From positions 1 to 27,658 of IMG/VR virus record IMGVR_UViG_3300022074_000295: DNA of 27,658 nt; one strand, given 5' to 3'. Position numbers and translations under genes: made by a program. This document shows, piece after piece, positions 1 to 7,703 of this stretch (position 1 is the first letter of the stretch; each line of letters begins with the position of its first letter). The DNA is from a virus. Its lineage: Duplodnaviria > Caudoviricetes. The notes under the pieces are model-generated. The model was not told where the DNA came from and did no database searches. It saw only the letters and a list, made by a program, of their open reading frames with translations.

Positions 1-227
1 CTATGCTTCGTTACCCTGTTTTGTTTGTTTGTCTTTCTCGGCGCACTTCGCGCCGGTTCTTTATGCATCTTATTAAACACATCATCAGTAAAGTATGTGT
101 TTATCTTTCTGTTGTTATGTACCCACATTAGGTACTCTGGGTCTATCACTGTTACTGAATTAACATCACGACCTTGGTATCTACCAAAAGTAATGATGTC
201 ATTCAAGCTACGCCATACAGTTGCCAT
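1..227 (-). CDS. Small protein with FGxYxG...DPxYLxW motif (DUF3820/exodeoxyribonuclease X C-terminal-like domain), runs off the left edge
   Basis: Not in the ORF track. Manual translation from ATG at 227: MATVWRSLNDIITFGRYQGRDVNSVTVIDPEYLMWVHNNRK..., with no stop before position 1. The start overlaps the upstream stop (TAATG). Confidence 0.7.
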   Translation of the reverse strand, partial: MATVWRSLNDIITFGRYQGRDVNSVTVIDPEYLMWVHNNRKINTYFTDDVFNKMHKEPARSAPRKTNKQNRVTKH

Positions 228-358
228 TAGCAGTTAGGTATCTTTAATTCAGGCATGTATGTCTTTATGTGATTATAAGCATCCATCTGACAAGGATAGT
301 ATAGCATATCACCATACGTACAGTCAGAGTTTAAATAATACATTTTTATATTATCCAT
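227..358 (-). CDS. Hypothetical 43-aa protein
   Basis: Manual translation MDNIKMYYLNSDCTYGDMLYYPCQMDAYNHIKTYMPELKIPNC*. It starts 1 nt after the stop of 360..566 and its stop overlaps the next ATG, so it tiles an operon. Confidence 0.55.
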   Translation of the reverse strand: MDNIKMYYLNSDCTYGDMLYYPCQMDAYNHIKTYMPELKIPNC

Positions 359-359
359 A

Positions 360-566
360 TTAGTCTCCATTAAGTTTATTATCCTCAGCTTGTACAACCG
401 CTAGTGCCCCAACAAAGGAAAGCATTATAGTTATACTTGCTATCATAATTAGTCTTACGTCTATATTGACGCCAAAAGCTACAAGTATCATAGCTCCACA
501 TAGCACTAGTACTGAAACTATCATTAGTGCAATACATACCTTGAACAGTTCATGTAATATTTTCAT
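360..566 (-). CDS. Small membrane protein with two transmembrane helices
   Basis: The 68-aa ORF has two long hydrophobic segments separated by a short loop and lies in the leftward operon. Confidence 0.7.
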   Translation of the reverse strand: MKILHELFKVCIALMIVSVLVLCGAMILVAFGVNIDVRLIMIASITIMLSFVGALAVVQAEDNKLNGD

Positions 567-605
567 AGTTTTTATGTTGTTTAAAGGATCGCTTTAGTAA
601 TCCCA

Positions 606-639
606 AAGAGCCGTGCCGCCAAAGGCGGCTAAGGCTCTT
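606..639 (-). terminator. GC-rich intergenic hairpin (terminator or RNA-processing site of the leftward transcript)
   Basis: AAGAGCC-gt-GCCGCC-aaa-GGCGGC-taa-GGCTCTT lies just downstream of ORF 654..1022. The U-tail on the minus strand is short. Confidence 0.5.
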
Positions 640-653
640 ACACTCGGATTTCC

Positions 654-1022
654 CTATATGTCTATAGTTAGTCCTACTGCTTTTGTTTTGTCCTTCCAAA
701 GCTTCACGGAATACTTAATACCGTTTCGGGTGTTTACCTGGTCAGGTTTAGTGATACTGCCTACAAACCCTGTTATCTCTTGAAGCTTTTCGAAGGCTTG
801 TCTAGCCCTGTCTGCTAACTCTGGTGTGTCTACTAACGTAGATAAGTTTGCAGTTTCAAATACTTCTGGGTCTATTCGGCTAGACAAACCATCTAACCCG
901 CTTGACAGCATTGTACGTAGTCCTTCATCTTCACGTGAAGTCATCCATGTCTCTGTTACTTGCTTAGTAAAAGGGTTAGTGTATACTGCTTTTGCGTTTA
1001 AGTTTATTGTCATTGTACTCAT
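654..1022 (-). CDS. Hypothetical 122-aa protein, first gene of the leftward cluster
   Basis: ATG start with GGAG 7 nt upstream and a globular-looking composition. No family recognised. Confidence 0.8.
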   Translation of the reverse strand: MSTMTINLNAKAVYTNPFTKQVTETWMTSREDEGLRTMLSSGLDGLSSRIDPEVFETANLSTLVDTPELADRARQAFEKLQEITGFVGSITKPDQVNTRNGIKYSVKLWKDKTKAVGLTIDI

Positions 1023-1159
1023 ATCAATTCTCCATATTACTTATAATTATTGTTACGGCAGCTAGCAGTATAGAATTTTCAACGAAAATTCATACCGTAC
1101 TACCATATTATAACCCGGTAGGGTTGTAGTATATCGTGTAAATACATTGGATAACAAAT

Positions 1160-1190
1160 TTTGGACATACACTAAATCTTGCTATATTTG
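1160..1190 (+). promoter_or_regulatory. Possible Bacteroidota-type housekeeping promoter (-33/-7)
   Basis: TTTG (1160-1163), 19 nt, TATATTTG (1183-1190) matches the TTTG-N19-21-TAnnTTTG consensus. The AT-rich context makes a chance match possible. Confidence 0.4.
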
Positions 1191-1238
1191 TTTTTGATTA
1201 TTGTATAATTGTATTGTTTTCTATTGTTCATACTTATT

Positions 1239-1274
1239 AGATACTGTCATTGACTTGACGGTATCTTTTTTTTT
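1239..1274 (+). terminator. Intrinsic terminator-like hairpin with U-tract
   Basis: AGATACTGTCA-ttgact-TGACGGTATCT (11 bp, one G-U pair) runs into a 9-T tract. Confidence 0.6.
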
Positions 1275-1283
1275 ATTTATACT
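1255..1283 (+). promoter_or_regulatory. Sigma70-type promoter
   Basis: TTGACG (1255-1260), 17 nt, TATACT (1278-1283): 5/6 matches in each box with optimal spacing. Predicted start near 1290. Confidence 0.55.
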
Positions 1284-1289
1284 TTACTC

Positions 1290-1480
1290 GTTGACACGAT
1301 TGAAAACGTTGCCAGGTAATAGTTGACCCAAGCAGATGAGAATCCATAGTATCAAGGCCTCGCAACATGACATAATTGGGGAATCCTACCCAGACCAAAC
1401 AATTATGATCACCTTATTGGTTGTAGGTTAGACCAACATTACTAATAATTGTCGACTAAGAGGTTAAGAAACACCTCTAA
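1290..1480 (+). ncRNA. Candidate structured non-coding RNA or long 5' leader
   Basis: Closing stem 1290-1296/1450-1456, internal stems 1308-1316/1358-1366, 1371-1378/1400-1407 and 1417-1422/1431-1436, and a final hairpin 1459-1464/1473-1478. It begins at the predicted transcription start. No family recognised. Confidence 0.4.
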
Positions 1481-1655
1481 TGGCTTTTCTATATCTACTT
1501 GTTATTAAAACTTATTGTAACTAGATTTATGCAATAGCGAAACAAACTCACTTTTCCTAAAGAAAATGAGGGAGTGAGCGTTATATTGTTTTATGCAATA
1601 GCTGTGGTGCTCTGCCAAGGGGCGGCGCACCTAATTATTAATTAATATTATTATT

Positions 1656-1862
1656 ATGCCTACTATAGATAACATATATAAACAGTTAATAGAAGAAACT
1701 CAGGAAAAAATTAACCTGTTTGCTATTAACAACAATAGACATGGACAACAAACACAAATTGAAGTACTAAATGCTGTTAAAATGTTGTATGAAGCTCACA
1801 AAAAAGCTTCTACTAAGAAAACTTCAACTAAAAAGACTGTAAAAACAGCTAAAAAAGACTAG
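1656..1862 (+). CDS. Small helical protein with Lys-rich tail
   Basis: ATG after an AT-rich leader. The C-terminus is KKASTKKTSTKKTVKTAKKD and the stop is 1 nt before the next gene. Confidence 0.75.
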   Translation: MPTIDNIYKQLIEETQEKINLFAINNNRHGQQTQIEVLNAVKMLYEAHKKASTKKTSTKKTVKTAKKD

Positions 1863-1863
1863 T

Positions 1864-2709
1864 TTGGAAACTATTAAGAGAAAATTTCGAAAAAAAAATA
1901 TCTCTTGCCCTATTTATACCCCAGATGAGGTAAAAGAAGTACAAAAAACAGGTATATCTTTTATTCATTGGCAGAAAGCTAGAAAAAAGGGTGAATATGT
2001 AGTTGATGACGCTGGTTATGGAAGCAAAGTACTAGATGTTATGGGCCCCTACGGGCCCAATGGCAAACCTAAAACACGTTATGTAGTATATTTAGCATAT
2101 TGTAGAGCATTTACTCCATCAAGAATGCTAATAAACTATGAAAACTATAAAGGAAAAGGTGATTATTACTCTACTATGGCTGATGACTGGGCAGGTAGAG
2201 AGAAAAAAAATAAACGTACTAAACAGGCTGTATCATTATATGCCTCGGTTATGCTTGAAAAAGGTAGGGCTACAGAAGAAGACCTAGAAATAATAGGCCG
2301 TATATACCGACCTGATCAAAAAGAACCTAAAAAGACGTTTAAAAGATTACTTAAGAACCATAAAATAAAAATGATGGTAGCAGAAGAGCTAAAAAAACTA
2401 CTTAGTGAACATGGTATAACAGAGGGAGAAGTTATATCTAACTATAAAAACATTATGGAGGATGCCTATAATAACCGTCAGTTTGGCGTAGCTAAGAATG
2501 TAAATGATATATTTGCAAAAATGCTACATATGGATGGCGGTACAGTACCTAATAAACCTGCATTAACTGGCGCTACTGCTGATGACGATTTAGCTGCCTT
2601 ACTTCCTTCTGATGAATCAGTAGATTCTATGGAGGAAATGGATGATTCTGAGTTTATAATAGAAAATACCGAAGAAAACTTTGTTTATGAGCCAAAATCA
2701 GACTACTAA
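1864..2709 (+). CDS. Putative terminase small subunit with N-terminal extension
   Basis: Upstream of TerL. The segment LLKNHKIKMMVAEELKKLLSEHGITEGEVISNYKNIM...VAKNVNDIFAKMLHM resembles the TerS oligomerisation helices, followed by an acidic tail. TTG start. Confidence 0.6.
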   Translation: METIKRKFRKKNISCPIYTPDEVKEVQKTGISFIHWQKARKKGEYVVDDAGYGSKVLDVMGPYGPNGKPKTRYVVYLAYCRAFTPSRMLINYENYKGKGDYYSTMADDWAGREKKNKRTKQAVSLYASVMLEKGRATEEDLEIIGRIYRPDQKEPKKTFKRLLKNHKIKMMVAEELKKLLSEHGITEGEVISNYKNIMEDAYNNRQFGVAKNVNDIFAKMLHMDGGTVPNKPALTGATADDDLAALLPSDESVDSMEEMDDSEFIIENTEENFVYEPKSDY

Positions 2710-2929
2710 AAAACCTTCCTGTTGGAATTGCAAGTACATGCATAGAAGTAATACTAGAAATGTAAGTACATATGAATGCATGAACACAGATTCTAGAAAA
2801 TACTTAAAAAGTAAAGGATATGACTATATTCCTGAGGCAGTTATGTTAAGAGGATGCAGTAAATGGGTTGATTACATGACTAAAGACAGTAAAAAACCTA
2901 AAGAAGATAATCAAAGAGGAATGTTTTGA
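2687..2929 (+). CDS. Small four-Cys putative metal-binding protein
   Basis: CWNC...YEC...RGCSKW. The likely start is ATG 2687 rather than TTG 2681. The stop overlaps the TerL start (TTGA). Confidence 0.65.
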   Translation: MSQNQTTKKPSCWNCKYMHRSNTRNVSTYECMNTDSRKYLKSKGYDYIPEAVMLRGCSKWVDYMTKDSKKPKEDNQRGMF

Positions 2930-4497
2930 GTGTTCGTCAAAAATTAATGGATCAGTTCTCCAAAGACATACTGTTTTTTGGAAAGACAATACGCCCAAAA
3001 ATATTTGAAGTGCAATCTCCTAAGTTTCATAAAGAAATAGCGGCGCACTTGCGCCGACAAGAGTATCAATTTATGAATATTATAGCTCCTCGTGGTTTTG
3101 CTAAAAGTACGCTGGTAGCTTTTATGTATGTATTATGGCATATGTTTGTAGAAGACTACGCTAATAAAAGAAAACAACAGCCTAAAGTCGTTGTATTAGT
3201 ATCTAAGTCTAGGCCTCACTCTATAAACCTGTTGTCTACTATAAAAAATGCGTTAGAACACAGCCCTAATTTTAAACGAATATTTGGATATTGGGGTGAA
3301 CATAGCGCTAGAATATGGCGGGAAGATATGATTGTACTAAAAAATGGTACAACTATTGTGTGTAGAGGTATGGGTACGCAAATACGTGGCATAAATGTCG
3401 ACTCTATGAGGCCTACATTAGTGGTTCTTGATGATGCGGAAGATGAAGAAAATACTAAAACAGACATGGCCATAGACCGAAACCGACGATGGTTTCTACA
3501 AGCGTTAGTGCCTATGATAAAAAGAACGCATCCTAGAGGCAGAATAGTAAACATTGGTACACCACAACATCAATCTTGTTTGGTATATACGCTAAAAAAT
3601 ATGCCTAAAATGTGGAAGACGTTGCATTACAGTGCTATAATAGAAGAAGAAGGGCAAAAGCCTAGATCTATATGGCCAGAAATGATGAGTTTAAAAGATT
3701 TAAATACCCTTAGAGATGAAATGGAAAAGATTGGTAAGTCTTCTTCTTTTTACAGAGAGTATATGTGTCAGGTAGTTGGGGACAATGATAGTCTTGTAAA
3801 CTCAGAACAGTTACGATTTTGGGATGGATCTGTACACCGTAGCCCTGGTGGGCGTTGGGCAATAAATGTTACACACAAGGGTATAACGGGTGATGAAAAA
3901 TTAGAAAAATCAGAGTCTGTTCCTGTATTTGTATTTATGGGGGTTGACCCTGCGTCAACATTGTCTACTCGAAGTGACTTTAGTGTAATATTTATTATAG
4001 GCGTTGACGCCGATAAGAACATATACTGTTTAGACTATTTTAGAAAACGTGTAAAACCAATGCAGTTAGCACACGCTATTATAGAAAAGTTTGAAACGTG
4101 GCAACCTGAGCGAACTAGAATAGAAAGCGTTGGTTACCAGGATATGATTAGAGATTATCTTAGAACAGAATACCAAGAATATATACCTGGTTTAGAAATA
4201 AAACATAGCCCTAGAAGTTCTAAATCACATAGGTTAGAAAGCCTGCAGCCCATGTTTGCAAGAAACAAAGTATTTCTAAAGAAAAACATGCATGAATTTT
4301 GGGATGAACTACTACTTTATCCTAGAGCTGCGCACGATGATACGCTCGATGGTTTTTATTATGCGCAATTAAAATGTTACGGACCTACTGAAGGAACATC
4401 TTATGTTGAGCGTCAACATATGGATAATGAGCTTAAACACTATGATTTTCACTATGAAGAAGAAAATGCATCTACAGATGATTGGCTTCTTGCGTAA
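2926..4497 (+). CDS. terL: Terminase large subunit
   Basis: Walker A IIAPRGFAKST, Walker B LVVLDDAED, motif III IGTP, and RNase H-like nuclease motifs MGVDPA and AHDDTLDG. Confidence 0.96.
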   Translation: MSVRQKLMDQFSKDILFFGKTIRPKIFEVQSPKFHKEIAAHLRRQEYQFMNIIAPRGFAKSTLVAFMYVLWHMFVEDYANKRKQQPKVVVLVSKSRPHSINLLSTIKNALEHSPNFKRIFGYWGEHSARIWREDMIVLKNGTTIVCRGMGTQIRGINVDSMRPTLVVLDDAEDEENTKTDMAIDRNRRWFLQALVPMIKRTHPRGRIVNIGTPQHQSCLVYTLKNMPKMWKTLHYSAIIEEEGQKPRSIWPEMMSLKDLNTLRDEMEKIGKSSSFYREYMCQVVGDNDSLVNSEQLRFWDGSVHRSPGGRWAINVTHKGITGDEKLEKSESVPVFVFMGVDPASTLSTRSDFSVIFIIGVDADKNIYCLDYFRKRVKPMQLAHAIIEKFETWQPERTRIESVGYQDMIRDYLRTEYQEYIPGLEIKHSPRSSKSHRLESLQPMFARNKVFLKKNMHEFWDELLLYPRAAHDDTLDGFYYAQLKCYGPTEGTSYVERQHMDNELKHYDFHYEEENASTDDWLLA

Positions 4498-4524
4498 TAC
4501 TAAAAAAAAGACGTAATTTCAAAT

Positions 4525-6723
4525 ATGAAATATAATAAGAGGTCAGGAACATACGGTTACAGTGAAAAACACCCAGAACTGTTTAATGAAGAGCTATGGA
4601 GAGAGTATAGTTCTGCCCAGTTAGAATGGAAAACAGGCGCTGATGAAAACGAAATGTTCTCAGCAGGCGTGCAATGGACTGAAAATCAAATTGATTTATT
4701 AAAAAAGCGTGGTCAGGGCGCCGTAGTCATAAACGCTATTACATGGGCTACCGAGCAGCTCAAGGCCATGCTTACTGCTAACAAGCCTAGATTTTCTGCT
4801 ACAGCTAGAGAAGACTCTGATAGAAAGATGGCTGCTGTATTTACAAATCTTATGCAGTATATGTGGCAGATATCTGATGGTAACTCAGAATTAAAACAAG
4901 CGGTGCAAGATTATGCTGTTATGGGTCGTGGTGTTTTGTATACGTATGTTGATCCTTATGCCAATAGTGGGCGTGGTGAAGTTAAGTTTAAAAGTATTGA
5001 CCCTAGGGATGTGTATCCTGACCCGAATACAAAAGATTATTTATGGAGAGACGCAGCGCATTGCCTGTTAGTATCGTATAAAACAGAAGATCAAATACTT
5101 AACATGTACCCTGAATTTGATATGAAGGGTGCAATGCCGCATGACGAGGAAAGGACAAATGATTCTAATAGAGTACCTCAACAAAATCAAGTATTTTCAG
5201 GAGATGTAGACGATGCTAATGTAAGTATATATAGGATTATAGACCGATATACTAAAGGGCAAGTCAAAGTTCATCACATCATGGACCCGTATGCGAATGA
5301 AGAATACGAAATGATGGAAGATGAGTATAAAGAATATATTAAAAAGCCAGCCATAAGTATGGGTGGCACAATAATGACTGAAGATTCTGAGGTTAAGAAT
5401 GCATTAACAACAATAAATAGCACTGGTAATTTAGAAGCCACTGGACCTGATACGTATCTATATCAAGCTGACCCACAAATGAATCCTGAAACAGGAGAGA
5501 TGGTAGAGTCTCAACCTGTAATGGTTAGCGTAATGAATATAGAAACTTTAATAAACAATGGCACTATTGCTGACCGAAAAATAATGGTTACCAGGGTACA
5601 CCAATGCATTACTATTGGTGATAAATTATTGTACAAAGGATACCTGCCCACATCGGAATATCCAATTGTTCCATTAAATAATATGTGGAACAGGACTCCT
5701 TATCCTATTTCTGACGTTACCATGGTTAGAAGCCTGCAGGAAATGATAAACAAACTAAATAGTTTGATTGTTGCTAATGCCGCATCTTCCACTAACCAAA
5801 AAGTTTTACTACCTAGGGGTTCTCAAGATAAATCTAGGATAGAGGCTGAGCTTAACAAGTCTGGATCTACCGTTATTGAGTATGATGCAGATATAGGTAC
5901 TCCCGTTATATTTGGTGCACAATCTTTTCCTAATGCATTATTTAGCCAAGTACAAATGTATGTTCAAATGATAGAACGACAATTTGGTATTTACGCTATT
6001 ATGCAGGGTGACGCATCGGTGGCACCTCAAACATTCAAGGGCACTATAGCCATGGATGAGTTTGGTCAACGCAGGATAAAAAGCAAAAAAGATGATATGG
6101 AGTCTAGTATCAATCAGCTTGCTAAGGTTATGCTTGATTATGCTAGATCTGTGTATAAAGAAGAAAAAATTATACGTATAGTAGAGCCGAATAACGCAGT
6201 TACAGAAGTAGCTATGAACTCTATAAAGTATGATGATTTAGGTAGGGAGATATCTAAGTTTAATGATATAAGCCAAGGTGTTTACGATATTATTGTAGTT
6301 GGTGGGTCTACACTTCCCTCTAACCGATATGCTCAAATGGAGTATTACATGGAGATGTATAAAAATGGACTTATTGACCAAGTAGAGGTTCTTAAGAAAA
6401 GTGAAGTTGTTGATGTTGAGGGTGTGCTTGAACGATTTGGTTACATTAGGCAGCTTGAGGGTCAAATGCAACAACTACAAGAAGAGGTTAAAAAATTACG
6501 TGGTGACCTACAGACAGCCGAAAGAGAAGAGGTACACGCTAAGAAAAGACTTGAGGTTGAAAAGTTTGCTTCTGGTCTTGATTCTATTAAAAATAGAGCT
6601 GATGCTTCTAGGGCTATACAAGAAATGCAAATGAAGCAAGATATTGAAAAACTAACTGCTATTCCTTCTGGAACCCAAAGTCCTATGGACTTGCTGGGGC
6701 TAGAACAGAATGAGCAACAATAA
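4525..6723 (+). CDS. Portal protein (P22/SU10-like)
   Basis: 732 aa directly after TerL, with GVQW, VINAI...QLKAMLTANKP, DVYPDP, YPIVP...VRSLQEMINK and a C-terminal coiled-coil barrel. Confidence 0.9.
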   Translation: MKYNKRSGTYGYSEKHPELFNEELWREYSSAQLEWKTGADENEMFSAGVQWTENQIDLLKKRGQGAVVINAITWATEQLKAMLTANKPRFSATAREDSDRKMAAVFTNLMQYMWQISDGNSELKQAVQDYAVMGRGVLYTYVDPYANSGRGEVKFKSIDPRDVYPDPNTKDYLWRDAAHCLLVSYKTEDQILNMYPEFDMKGAMPHDEERTNDSNRVPQQNQVFSGDVDDANVSIYRIIDRYTKGQVKVHHIMDPYANEEYEMMEDEYKEYIKKPAISMGGTIMTEDSEVKNALTTINSTGNLEATGPDTYLYQADPQMNPETGEMVESQPVMVSVMNIETLINNGTIADRKIMVTRVHQCITIGDKLLYKGYLPTSEYPIVPLNNMWNRTPYPISDVTMVRSLQEMINKLNSLIVANAASSTNQKVLLPRGSQDKSRIEAELNKSGSTVIEYDADIGTPVIFGAQSFPNALFSQVQMYVQMIERQFGIYAIMQGDASVAPQTFKGTIAMDEFGQRRIKSKKDDMESSINQLAKVMLDYARSVYKEEKIIRIVEPNNAVTEVAMNSIKYDDLGREISKFNDISQGVYDIIVVGGSTLPSNRYAQMEYYMEMYKNGLIDQVEVLKKSEVVDVEGVLERFGYIRQLEGQMQQLQEEVKKLRGDLQTAEREEVHAKKRLEVEKFASGLDSIKNRADASRAIQEMQMKQDIEKLTAIPSGTQSPMDLLGLEQNEQQ

Positions 6724-6741
6724 TAACTAATAATTTATCTT

Positions 6742-7668
6742 ATGGATAATACCAACACACAAGTATCTGATGCTGCAAGTTCAGGAAATTTTTTAAGCAT
6801 GTTCAACGAATCTGCTGGAGATACTCCTGAGCCGACAATTGGAGAAGATGTGCAACTCACTTCCCCTGAAACTATTGATATAGCGAAATCTGAACAGGTT
6901 CCCGCAAAAGATTTGGATCAAGGTGGAAATACGGACAGTGGTATACAGGCTACTACTGAGGCTAAACAAGACCCAGAGCGTATGCAGTTCTGGCAATCAA
7001 GAGCTGATAAATATAAATCAGAACTTGATGCTCTTAGGTCTCAGGAACCAGTGCTTAAATATTTGTCAGAAAATCCTGATAAAGCATCTCAAGTATATGA
7101 TGTGCTTTTAGACAAGGGTTCCTCTGAACAAGTAGGACCAAGTACTCCTGTACGACCTGACCGACCACAAAAGCCTGCAAACTACAACCACGAAGACGCT
7201 ATTGCGGATCCTACTAGCGAATCGTTTAAGTATAAGCAGTCTATGGATGAATTCCAGCTACAACTTATTGAATATCAAGATGAGGTGACTTCATATAACG
7301 AAACAAAGCAACGCAACGAGCAAGCGAAAGCTGCTCAAGTACAACAACAGCAAAAGGCATTACAATCTGCTATGCAAGAAGCTGTATATGTACACGGTCT
7401 AGATATGAAGGATGCACAAGAATTTGTTTCTTGGGCGCAAAATCCTAATTATGGAATGGACACGCTTATTCAGGTATATAAAGCACAAAGAGGCGCTAAT
7501 GCAGCGGCTCAAAATAAAGCTCAAACGATAAATCAACGAGTGCAAGCTGTAGTTCCTCCTGTCGTCAATGGCAGTAATGTAAACGTACAGCAACAAGCAG
7601 AGCCTGAACCTACAGATGGCGAAGCTTTTATGGCAGGAATGTTTAATTATGCTAAAGGGCGGCGATAA
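6742..7668 (+). CDS. Putative scaffolding protein
   Basis: Sits between portal and capsid genes. Acidic disordered N-terminus and Gln-rich helical coiled-coil segments. Confidence 0.7.
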   Translation: MDNTNTQVSDAASSGNFLSMFNESAGDTPEPTIGEDVQLTSPETIDIAKSEQVPAKDLDQGGNTDSGIQATTEAKQDPERMQFWQSRADKYKSELDALRSQEPVLKYLSENPDKASQVYDVLLDKGSSEQVGPSTPVRPDRPQKPANYNHEDAIADPTSESFKYKQSMDEFQLQLIEYQDEVTSYNETKQRNEQAKAAQVQQQQKALQSAMQEAVYVHGLDMKDAQEFVSWAQNPNYGMDTLIQVYKAQRGANAAAQNKAQTINQRVQAVVPPVVNGSNVNVQQQAEPEPTDGEAFMAGMFNYAKGRR

Positions 7669-7703
7669 CTATAATTCAAACACCAAACAAAAGGTGATTT
7701 AAA

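Noticed and set aside
25-237. Plus-strand 70-aa ORF
   Set aside because: It is the antisense shadow of a minus-strand gene with a recognisable FGRYQG/DPEYLMW motif.
826-1065. Plus-strand 79-aa ORF
   Set aside because: It is antisense to 654..1022, which has a ribosome-binding site and fits the operon.
1173-1232. 19-codon minus-strand ORF (MNNRKQYNYTIIKNKYSKI)
   Set aside because: Too short, in low-complexity AT-rich sequence, and with no supporting signal.
1301-1345. Hammerhead-like words (GAAAAC, CAGATGAG) in the candidate RNA
   Set aside because: The core is CAGAUGA rather than CUGAUGA, and the required three-stem arrangement is not present.
1023-1655. tRNA gene or CRISPR mini-array in the non-coding region
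   Set aside because: No cloverleaf with a T-loop was found, and the only direct repeat is 13 bp in two copies.
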